From an uncultured Candidatus Poseidoniales archaeon (GTDB taxonomy: Archaea > Thermoplasmatota > Poseidoniia > Poseidoniales > Poseidoniaceae): a DNA stretch of 64,000 nucleotides. Positions 57,401-64,000 of the stretch are shown one piece after another. The notes below the pieces were generated by a model that did no database searches, was not told the DNA's origin, and was given only the letters and a program-made list of their open reading frames with translations. The number at the start of each line of letters is the position of its first letter. Within the stretch, counting starts at the first letter, position 1. The position numbers and the translations under genes are program-made. The stretch spans positions 5,332-69,331 of the forward strand of contig CAXGJQ010000001.1 of NCBI GenBank assembly GCA_964009815.1. The letters run 5' to 3'.

Positions 57401-57451
57401 CAAAAGAGCGGTTAGCAATAGGGCTGGTGAGGTTCGTCGCAACGTAGACAT
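54407..57451 (-). CDS. Large (1014 aa) highly acidic secreted/anchored protein with LDL-receptor class A-like (CxDGSDE) modules and C-terminal hydrophobic anchor
   Basis: Signal peptide ALLLTALLLAAITPLTTVSA. At least five Cys-rich modules ending DCSDGSDE / CDDGSDE / CADGSDE / CEDGGDE / CPDGSDE, which is the calcium-cage consensus of LDLa domains. pI clearly acidic. C-terminus LLPFVSPLTVIALIGLAAVAGNRRTENE. Confidence 0.75.
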   Translation of the reverse strand: MSTLRRTSPALLLTALLLAAITPLTTVSAVPAEASEYYYGVEYDWTSLDSDLQNVTGLDIQELFSEIMEDADGAGFNLDLGQLTTGSSNVYVHQTEDISVQTIQDLDGNDVQVWSRTSDVVLRHGLLSNAVIMTDWSETTFGSDPNGFDIDVIAEAENVLTVDMLYTEYLNDQYQLLGADMDFDMMISNDMNLGIDIMVEGGGEQLNIDFDTGIEFSYSIGSDAEWRLGAPSPIYVEAAANDNTDWDCIDDPSDVGVYGEGGEVEVEDLCGMLDGTYIGSADYNVYLSGLPMEEFGFDEGQFDISISDELTNEGDYEGEANMEDVNFNMRSDETLEVDLGDGTVIDATPCDTCPPGNPVMFIMMGNVITHASQSFGEAVAEDFEAELEDSFADIFENIFGVGGDEDDHYHDDDMVMCDSGEMIYEWQMNNGNEDCSDGSDEMDFYLRGQMNEDWESGDYYYGFGQHMDIDVFGFETSPTIMCEYDGMYQELTIDNANDGWDDCDDGSDEFANTQTTTYTCHDGMDISFELVNDGSSDCADGSDEPADNEGKWFMCENYDQIPWQYVNDGVANCEDGGDEYDENDGQTFYCADYTNSISFELLNDGTVDCPDGSDEGEAIFFMMDAYINDGDGNALMATQDLMVCAKWGCDITVDDERSDQWTTYTSEVMAPSTYGGMEMCSGGHISEADGTLLVEATEICSSHYMGPEVWGTHVYLEEDNQLRVVAEAGYGEYDDVTMSWQLMDVTDGANTMVTTGFEEWADESTLYSEEIVDVSGPGEYCLEVHLTQAGQSEPFDSQSECIEFEEAREPSDELMTIGEALAESGLGDVLQAFGENIGATFEDVAENEVPEFPYVDGMWAPLWSDEQATIVGVGLYAWDEDENGYVIAGPTTTGYSEDRPMTFASIRYITGAPAQAAQQEMADFSDLEDIVDVEDHDLGELSQVLEDAGADTSDLGFPDNTETGDDNTAEEVDEPETAEEAAEDSGLLPFVSPLTVIALIGLAAVAGNRRTENE

Positions 57452-57556
57452 CGGTCACACACGTGAAACTATGCGATTTAAGAGTATTGCACTGAGATTT
57501 TATCGTCTTCCCCTATAAATTCCGGATTTTGGAGAGTGATGTCCGGTTTCGCCCAA

Positions 57557-58639
57557 TCATTCGCCATGATTTTTTGTAAAGAGTGTGGGTAGTTGGTTAT
57601 TCTTCTGATACGCCTTGTTGAAGATTTTCCGAGCGAGTTTGTAGTCGAGGCGGCGGCGTCTTTCACCTGCTTTTGTATTCCCCATGAACGCCGTCAGAAA
57701 CACGTCATGCGTTGCTTCTCTGTAGTTGTCAATGATACGATTGGCTTCAGCGATGACGTCATCAAGGAGATTTCCTTCCAATTCAATTTCGATATAGGTA
57801 AGGTGCCGACTGCTCACTTTGATGTTGCTTCGGTCGTATCCCAGCTCTTCCCCACGACAGAATTTAATTCGCATGGAACCATCTTCTCTGGTGCCGTCAA
57901 CGGCACGATAACCGAGGGTTCCCTCGGGTGCGTTGAATTTCATTGGGGTCAATTTGGATGGGTTTTGAGCGGTTTGATTATGAGCGCTTCGAAGTTGGTT
58001 ATAACCACCGAGAAGTGTATCGTTTTTCCACACCTCATTAAGAGGATTTGATGCAGAGAAAATCATCACGCAAACTGGATGTTCCGTGTCGTCAAACGGG
58101 TTGTCTTCGAGAATGGTCACGGAATGGAGTTTGTTTTTCCAGTGGGGCAAATCATCGAGATCTTGGATACCCGACTCGGGAACAATCCAAATGGAGTCGT
58201 CGTATTTTGCCAAGGTTTGCTCTATGGCCAACTTGAACAAATCATCCAATACATTCAGGCGAGAATCATCGAGGGTCGGAATGAATCCCGGCCCGAAGTA
58301 CTCCACCATGGGTGATTTCATGCGTTTTGCAGAGTTCTTTGCAAGATAGGGTGGATTGGTCAGCACAAACGCTTGCTCGTGCCGAATAACACGTCGGATT
58401 GAGTCGTTTGGTTCACCCCACTGCTTTGAGGCACAGATGTTCTCATCGATGTCGTGCCCTCGGATTTCAAAGCCCATCTGTTGAGCAAGTTCCAGCAGGT
58501 GCCCGTCTCCTGCAAATGGGTCAACGCATAGCTTGTATTGGTTGCTCAATGATTCGATATGAGCTCGAATATGGGGGCGCAGCCAAACAGAATCTCGCGT
58601 GAAAAATTGGCCGAGGTCGCGCTTGGTTTTTTCTGACAT
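57557..58639 (-). CDS. N6-adenine DNA methyltransferase, gamma class (TaqI/Eco57I-like) with C-terminal target-recognition region; no adjacent endonuclease
   Basis: Motif X GQFFTRDSV, motif I CVDPFAGDGHLL, motif IV FVLTNPPYL, in gamma-class order. About 150-aa C-terminal region. Confidence 0.8.
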   Translation of the reverse strand: MSEKTKRDLGQFFTRDSVWLRPHIRAHIESLSNQYKLCVDPFAGDGHLLELAQQMGFEIRGHDIDENICASKQWGEPNDSIRRVIRHEQAFVLTNPPYLAKNSAKRMKSPMVEYFGPGFIPTLDDSRLNVLDDLFKLAIEQTLAKYDDSIWIVPESGIQDLDDLPHWKNKLHSVTILEDNPFDDTEHPVCVMIFSASNPLNEVWKNDTLLGGYNQLRSAHNQTAQNPSKLTPMKFNAPEGTLGYRAVDGTREDGSMRIKFCRGEELGYDRSNIKVSSRHLTYIEIELEGNLLDDVIAEANRIIDNYREATHDVFLTAFMGNTKAGERRRRLDYKLARKIFNKAYQKNNQLPTLFTKNHGE

Positions 58640-58684
58640 GGCGACAACTCATCACTGGCAACAGTACATAACGAATTTTGAAAT

Positions 58685-59278
58685 TCAATCCTCGCCTTGA
58701 CGGGCCCGGCACACGGCTACGAAATTCTCAAACATTTCTTTTCCAAACTCCGAATCGTTCACTTCGGGATGAAATTGCAAGCCAAAGCGGTCGCCAGCCT
58801 CATTTTCCATGCCTTGAACTTTGCACGAAGGGCTCCCCGCCGTGATAAAGAAGCCATCTGGGACGACATGAACTTCATCGTTGTGCGATTCCCAAACCGT
58901 TTGAGTGGGGTTGGTCCCTGCAAAGATGGCCCCTCCGCCTTCAATCAATTCGATGTCCATCGCCCCAAACTCAGGTTCAGGAGACTCGCGAGCGTCGCCG
59001 CCGTAATGCCGGGCCATGAATTGATGTCCGGCACAGATGCCGAGAATAGGGATGTCCAATTCCAAATACGCTCCGCAATTGCCCAACTCGCCGCTCAAGC
59101 CGACACGCGCCGCGCCGCCCGAGAGGATGAGGCCGTCGAGTTCACGGAGTTCACTCACCGGTGTTGTGTTGTCAATGATCTGTGTGTCCACTTTGAGATA
59201 ACGAAGCATGCGCCATTCTCGGTGTGTCCACTGGCCTCCATTGTCCACGACATCAATCACAAGGGGCCTGTCCGACAT
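58685..59278 (-). CDS. guaAA: GMP synthase [glutamine-hydrolyzing] subunit A (class I glutamine amidotransferase)
   Basis: LVIDVVDNGGQWTHREWRMLRYL, catalytic GICAGHQFM, HPEV triad region. About 200 aa as in archaeal split GMP synthase. Confidence 0.8.
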   Translation of the reverse strand: MSDRPLVIDVVDNGGQWTHREWRMLRYLKVDTQIIDNTTPVSELRELDGLILSGGAARVGLSGELGNCGAYLELDIPILGICAGHQFMARHYGGDARESPEPEFGAMDIELIEGGGAIFAGTNPTQTVWESHNDEVHVVPDGFFITAGSPSCKVQGMENEAGDRFGLQFHPEVNDSEFGKEMFENFVAVCRARQGED

Positions 59279-59540
59279 GGTGCTCACTCTCCCGGATGTG
59301 GTTGAGGAACGACCATGAACATGCCGATGCACGGGGATTCGTGAAGTGCTTCAACGACGATGAATTCGAAGATGCCGTTTAGCGCTGATGGGTCGTGACA
59401 GACCCGCAAACTCGGCACCAAACCTTGATGCCGTCCTTTCGTGGAGGAATGCCAGCGATGTTGATGCTCGCCCCGCATGTGCACTTCACGATGTTCTCCA
59501 TGGGCAATCCGAGTCATCGGTGCTTCATGAAGTGAACGCT

Positions 59541-60737
59541 TCAATCCCATGTGATGGTGGATTGAAACACCACAAAACATCGCGTGGTGGAGAACCCTTT
59601 GACTTCAGAAACCAGCGTGTCGCTTGGTATCCCTCCCGCAGCTTCAACCATCGCTTCCAGTTGGGCGACGCGCCCGTCGAGAGAGGTGCGCTCGATGATG
59701 GCCCACCCGCGCAAAAGGCCCAATTCAGAAGGGATAAACAACGGAAAGAGGTCTGGAAGGTGCTCAAAACTATCGTGAGGGAGGTTCACCAACACCACGT
59801 TGGCTTTCCCGCAAAGCCCCTCATCTTCTTTCCATGTTCGTGCGTCTTTGCACACCACGGCTGACGGTGAGAACGGGGAGGAGGATTTCCGCGTCCAACT
59901 GGAAAGGTTCTTGCTCAGTAAATCAACCGCTTTCGGGTTCAAATCTCCAGCAAGATACCCCGAAACGAGGCCTTCGTGCCTTAACAACAGAGGAAAAGCG
60001 GGGCCAACACCGGCGTAGGGGTCAGCGACCACCAAAGGAGAACCGAGTCGTTCTCGAAACCCTTGAAGCAATTCATACGTGTTCAATCGCTGCTTTGACA
60101 GGCGCGCAGAGTAATAGATCTCCCCTGGGTCAACGTGGATGGTGAATTCATGTTCTCGGACGGTAGTGGTCGTGTGCTGGCTCCCATCACGGCTGGCGAT
60201 TGGTCGGAGGTCACGGACGCGGAAATCGCCAACAACTCCTTCATCCGCGCATACAATGCGGACGCTTGGCATCTGCTCCATCATCGCTTTCGCCATGGCC
60301 GAAGCGTGAGGGCGAACCTCTTCCTCCAATTTCACGAGAAGGACATCCCCTTGAACCTCGTAGGACGAAGGCCAAAAGGAATCAGGAAGGGTTTGGAGTT
60401 CGGTCGGTAGGCGTTCCCTCCAATGCCTTGGTCCGTTCTCTCTTGGAGGCGCATCGATGTGGTTCAGCCCCTCCCAACAAGGGTCATCCTCGGCTGGAGC
60501 TTGGTCGTTGAGTGGAACGCCGCGGCGGCCTTCATCCAACGGAAGAACCCCGCTTCCACCGAGCCATCCATTCGCTTTGCAACGCTCCAACCAAACCTGT
60601 GTCTGGTCGCTCGGCACGCTCAAATGACGCATGGCCCTCGCCCTGTCCAAGCGCTTCGGTGGTTTGAGCATGGCGGCAAGAGATTCCGAATCCAGTGCCT
60701 TCCCTGAGAAAGGCTTGCTGTTGGTCGGCATGGGCAT
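59541..60737 (-). CDS. tRNA (guanine37-N1)-methyltransferase Trm5 / Taw2-family (Met-10+ like) class I SAM MTase
   Basis: DVLLVKLEEE, RIVCADEGVVGDFR, VVADPYAGVGPFA-like SAM motif (VVADPYAGVGPAFPLL), NLPH. Start position uncertain (overlaps the divergent dph5 start). Confidence 0.65.
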   Translation of the reverse strand: MPMPTNSKPFSGKALDSESLAAMLKPPKRLDRARAMRHLSVPSDQTQVWLERCKANGWLGGSGVLPLDEGRRGVPLNDQAPAEDDPCWEGLNHIDAPPRENGPRHWRERLPTELQTLPDSFWPSSYEVQGDVLLVKLEEEVRPHASAMAKAMMEQMPSVRIVCADEGVVGDFRVRDLRPIASRDGSQHTTTTVREHEFTIHVDPGEIYYSARLSKQRLNTYELLQGFRERLGSPLVVADPYAGVGPAFPLLLRHEGLVSGYLAGDLNPKAVDLLSKNLSSWTRKSSSPFSPSAVVCKDARTWKEDEGLCGKANVVLVNLPHDSFEHLPDLFPLFIPSELGLLRGWAIIERTSLDGRVAQLEAMVEAAGGIPSDTLVSEVKGFSTTRCFVVFQSTITWD

Positions 60738-61557
60738 GGGTTCACTCGATGGAATGACCGTTGAAGCCCAAAGGGCTGCAAAGGCCGCTGACCATCGACG
60801 ATACGAGGCTTACACGGCACTTTGGCCTGATGATGAATTGAATCGACTCGAAGAAATGGCCGGGCCCATTCAACGGGTGATGCGCCCTGAGGTTGAAGAG
60901 CCGGATGAGTTGTTTGCGCTCGCCAAACAATCCCTTGTTGCTCTGCTCGTGGTGGGCGACCCGCTTCAAGCCACCACGCACGTCGACCTGCAATTGCGCG
61001 CTCAAGATGCCGGTATTGACTGCCGGGTCGTCCATGGAATTTCCATCACCACCGTGGTCACTGGAGCCATTGGGCTCTCAAACTACAAATTCGGGCGTCA
61101 GACAACCCTGACGTATCCCTACGGAGATTGGATCGCCACCTCTCCATTGGAGGTCTTGGCAGCAAATTGGGAACAAAACCTGCACACCTTGGCGCTCCTG
61201 GACCTCGACCCCACTGGGCTGGGAACCGGTGACCAGCGCCCCATGCGGCCAAAAGACGCCGTCCAATCCATGCGCCTCATGTGGGAAAAACTTCAGGAAA
61301 CGGCGGATGAGCCGCTTTCAGAAGAATACGTGCGCTTGGCTTTTCGACAAATGGCGACTAAACTCTACCTTCAGCAATCCTTTGATGACATCCCAGTGGT
61401 GTTGTGTTCCGATATGGGGACCAGCGAGCAATCCATGGTGACCACCACGCTTGGAGGACTCGGCGATGAGCAGGGGGGGCGGTTGAACTGCCTCGTCTTC
61501 CCAGCAAGCACGGGTGAGGTTGAAGACAAGGCGTTGCTTCGTTGGAAAAAGGAGTGA
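60670..61557 (+). CDS. dph5: Diphthine synthase (diphthamide biosynthesis methyltransferase, tetrapyrrole-methylase fold)
   Basis: LLLVGMGMGSLDGMTVEA, YEAYTA, LLVVGDPLQATTHVDL, GIDCRVVHGISITT family blocks. About 295 aa. Confidence 0.75.
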   Translation: MAARDSESSAFPEKGLLLVGMGMGSLDGMTVEAQRAAKAADHRRYEAYTALWPDDELNRLEEMAGPIQRVMRPEVEEPDELFALAKQSLVALLVVGDPLQATTHVDLQLRAQDAGIDCRVVHGISITTVVTGAIGLSNYKFGRQTTLTYPYGDWIATSPLEVLAANWEQNLHTLALLDLDPTGLGTGDQRPMRPKDAVQSMRLMWEKLQETADEPLSEEYVRLAFRQMATKLYLQQSFDDIPVVLCSDMGTSEQSMVTTTLGGLGDEQGGRLNCLVFPASTGEVEDKALLRWKKE

Positions 61558-63668
61558 GGGAAATGTTCGGGCTTTCGGATGAACTGGTGCTCCTTCTCTC
61601 CTTCCTGTTGTTCATGGGCTTCTTTGCCGGTGTTGGCCTTGCGTCCATGCGCGTGAAGCAAGACACAACCGACGATTACCTGGTCGCAGGGCGAGGAATG
61701 CATCCGGCCCTCGCTGCTTTGAGTGCCGTCAGCACATGGAACTCGGGCTACATGTTCATCGGCTTCATCGGTTTCATTTTCGTCCAAGGATACTCGGGCA
61801 TATGGATTGGCCTCGTCTCAACCTTGGGCCAAGCCGTTGCGTGGATATGGCTCTACAAATTCATCCAAAAAGAAGGGGCTGAGCGCGGCGTTCGTTCCCT
61901 TTCCTCACTCGTTTCGAAAACAAGAGGGTCTCCTGAAGCAAAATTAGCTGGCATCCTCTCAGTGGTGTTTCTTGCTATTTATGCCGCGGCGCAACTCGTC
62001 GCTGGCGGTGTGGCGCTCCGGGCCATGCTTGGATGGTCGGAAGTAGCTGGCATCCTCATTGGTTTCGTGCTCGTTGTGGCGTACTGCTATGCTGGGGGCA
62101 TCCGCGCCTCCATCTGGACCGATGCGGCGCAATCCTGTGTTATGCTGGTCGGCTCAACCATCCTGTGCTACGTGGCGGTTTCCGAAGTCGGCGGCTTATC
62201 CGGCCTCCATGGAACACTTCGGGACATCGACCCAGGGATGGTGAATTTCTTCCCCGCCGACCTTACCTTCGGTGTCACGTTGTGGATTGGCGCATTTTTC
62301 CTTGGCGGACTTGGCGTGGCAGGCCAACCGCAAGTGGTGTCGCGTGTCATGACACTCAAGGACGACAAGGACAGAAAAGAAGCAGCGATTTGGTTCTTCG
62401 TCTGGCAGACGCCGTTTATCGCACTCATGTTCATCATTGGCCTTGCGTGTCGCGCTATTTTCCTCGACCTGGATGCTTCTCAAGCCCAGGACGGTCTGCC
62501 CTTGTTGGCCATGGAAGTGCTCAGTCCCTTCCTTGCAGGTGTGATTCTCGCCTCCATTTTTGCAGCCACCATGTCAACAGCTGACAGCCAGGTGCTGGCC
62601 TGTACGGCGGCCATCACCGACGACGTGAAACCCGAATGGAGTCAAGAGCACAAGACCACGAAACTCGTGACCATGGTCGTCGCTGTGTTTGCCACCCTCA
62701 TCGCCTTGGTCGGGCAGCAATTCCCCGGCTTCGGAGATTCGGTCTTTGCCCTCGTGGTGTTGGCGGTGTACGGCTTGGGCGGCATCTTCGTGCCCTTGTT
62801 GTTGATTCGCATGATGGGGTATGAACCTGATACAGAGCACACGATTTGGATGATGATCGCCGCTCTGAGCGCCGTCATCGTTTGGAGTTTTAGCCCGTGG
62901 GGCGCAGACATCTTCCCATCCATTCCCGCCATGAGTTCGGCGTTCGCCACGCACTTCATTCTCTGTTGGAAGCGGTCGGAATCCCCTTCAGAACCGTTTG
63001 GGCGGTACAGCCTGCCAACCCAACGGACCACCACCATCGGAGCGGTCGTTCTCTTGGTCCTCTTTGGAGCATTGGAAGGCACCTACTACACCATGGCGCC
63101 AGATGCCAGTGAGGCTTCCGGAGACAACCCCTACCAGCTGAGTTACACCGTCAGTGAATGGACGCAATCCGAAACGTTGAACCTCAACGATGGCGAGACA
63201 CAGACCTTCAGTGTCTCCATTGACGACACCATGACCGCTGTCCTCGGTGCGACCCTCACCATCACGTACAGTGACACCGGTGAAACGGCCACAAATGCGT
63301 GCGATGACATCGTCACGAATCCTGATTATAGTGCACTCGCTGGTCCCTTTTCGGAGAGTGACGATTCGGAGCGAAGCACCAATGCGTGCGATACCACCAC
63401 CGTTGTGGGCAGCATCGTCCCGAACGTAGCCCTTCAGGAATACGCCTCCGGCGTAGGTGATTACACGCTCAACGGTACGGAAGACAACCTCATCGAAGTC
63501 CTGAACATGCTCGGTAAATCACCGGAAATGATGGGGACGTTGAACATGGACGTCGGTTTGAATGCCAACAATGGAAATTTCTTCGGTGGAGATTCAACTG
63601 AATCGGTCACCGTCACGCTCAACCTGCTGGTGTTTCAACCGAGCGGCATGACTCCTCTCACAATGTGA
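61542..63668 (+). CDS. Sodium:solute symporter family (SSS/PutP-like) transporter with about 230-aa C-terminal extracytoplasmic extension
   Basis: About 13 TM helices, SSS motifs DYLVAGRGM, GIRASIWTDAAQ, AATMSTADSQVLA. C-terminal Thr/Asp-rich soluble region. Confidence 0.8.
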   Translation: MEKGVREMFGLSDELVLLLSFLLFMGFFAGVGLASMRVKQDTTDDYLVAGRGMHPALAALSAVSTWNSGYMFIGFIGFIFVQGYSGIWIGLVSTLGQAVAWIWLYKFIQKEGAERGVRSLSSLVSKTRGSPEAKLAGILSVVFLAIYAAAQLVAGGVALRAMLGWSEVAGILIGFVLVVAYCYAGGIRASIWTDAAQSCVMLVGSTILCYVAVSEVGGLSGLHGTLRDIDPGMVNFFPADLTFGVTLWIGAFFLGGLGVAGQPQVVSRVMTLKDDKDRKEAAIWFFVWQTPFIALMFIIGLACRAIFLDLDASQAQDGLPLLAMEVLSPFLAGVILASIFAATMSTADSQVLACTAAITDDVKPEWSQEHKTTKLVTMVVAVFATLIALVGQQFPGFGDSVFALVVLAVYGLGGIFVPLLLIRMMGYEPDTEHTIWMMIAALSAVIVWSFSPWGADIFPSIPAMSSAFATHFILCWKRSESPSEPFGRYSLPTQRTTTIGAVVLLVLFGALEGTYYTMAPDASEASGDNPYQLSYTVSEWTQSETLNLNDGETQTFSVSIDDTMTAVLGATLTITYSDTGETATNACDDIVTNPDYSALAGPFSESDDSERSTNACDTTTVVGSIVPNVALQEYASGVGDYTLNGTEDNLIEVLNMLGKSPEMMGTLNMDVGLNANNGNFFGGDSTESVTVTLNLLVFQPSGMTPLTM

Positions 63669-64000
63669 AGGTCATGCCCTGCTCGCCAACCGCCCAACCC
63701 ATATCGATGACGGTTTGATGTTCTGGTGAAGTGGGTACGTGAAGCGGGTTGGTATGGTTAAGATGAATGAACACGACCTCGGGGTCGCCCTCAGCACGCG
63801 GCCCTAATCGCTCGAGCGTTTCGCTGACGGTGGGGTGAGGTACCTCGTCTTGCCTTCGGCCGCGGAGTTCATTCGCACTCCAAAAGGTTCCATCGACAAG
63901 GGCGATGTCAACGCGAAGGGTGCTGAGCCATTCCCGAATTGAAGAAGCGTTGTGATGAGCGAGCGTGTCGTCCCATCGGTCGTGGTCGGGAAGAAAGAGA
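63658..64000 (-). CDS. MBL-fold metallo-hydrolase, PqqB/PhnP-like (3' part; 5' end beyond right edge)
   Basis: Reverse-strand translation gives ...VDGTFWSANELRGRR...VVFIHLNHTNPLHVPTSPEHQTVIDMGWAVGEQGMTFTL*, the C-terminal signature of PqqB/PhnP-type MBL proteins. It overlaps the symporter stop by 11 nt. Confidence 0.55.
   Translation of the reverse strand, partial: LFLPDHDRWDDTLAHHNASSIREWLSTLRVDIALVDGTFWSANELRGRRQDEVPHPTVSETLERLGPRAEGDPEVVFIHLNHTNPLHVPTSPEHQTVIDMGWAVGEQGMTFTL

Noticed and set aside
1-64000. Searched for CRISPR arrays, integrases, transposases, prophage or toxin-antitoxin pairs
   Set aside because: No regularly spaced short repeats, no recombinase or transposase motifs, and no abrupt composition islands apart from short AT-rich promoters. 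The window looks like core chromosome with two large adhesin insertions rather than a mobile region.

Overview
This is a gene-dense (about 90% coding), moderately GC-rich 64 kb window that is archaeal by gene content. It carries transcription factor B (TFB), DNA topoisomerase VI subunits B and A, replication factor C small subunit, a two-subunit-type GMP synthase amidotransferase, a diphthine synthase, an archaeal-type phosphopantothenate synthetase, a THEP1 NTPase and two intron-less tRNAs (Arg-CCT, Asp-GTC). Housekeeping and metabolic genes include a DEAD-box helicase, HflX, fumarase, an aconitase-family hydratase, an IDH/IPMDH-family dehydrogenase, NadB, NadC, GcvH, RNase HI, exonuclease III, glutathione peroxidase, cyclophilin, asparaginase and a Na+/solute symporter. 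Two very large surface proteins stand out. One is a 1676-aa membrane-anchored adhesin with von Willebrand factor A (VWA)-like and cell-adhesion (CARDB)-like modules. The other is a 1014-aa very acidic secreted protein carrying LDL-receptor class A-like CxDGSDE modules. These, together with a small glycosylation cluster, are reminiscent of planktonic marine Euryarchaeota of the Marine Group II (MGII, Poseidoniales) type. That placement is inference only. No CRISPR array, integrase or transposase was seen. The findings are listed in order of interest. (1) A tandem-duplicated ThiS/MoaD-like ubiquitin-like gene (di-SAMP) with two Gly-Gly-ending beta-grasp modules and a near-identical internal DNA repeat. 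(2) A divergent NPPW methyltransferase-like protein lacking motif I, sitting behind a tandem pair of TerB-like genes. (3) A PlsC-type acyltransferase in an archaeal context. (4) LDLa-like modules in an archaeal exoprotein. (5) A ribbon-helix-helix (RHH)-like N-terminal extension on fumarase. (6) A type IB topoisomerase alongside topo VI. (7) An aconitase-family enzyme with the swivel domain first. (8) An orphan gamma-class N6-adenine MTase.
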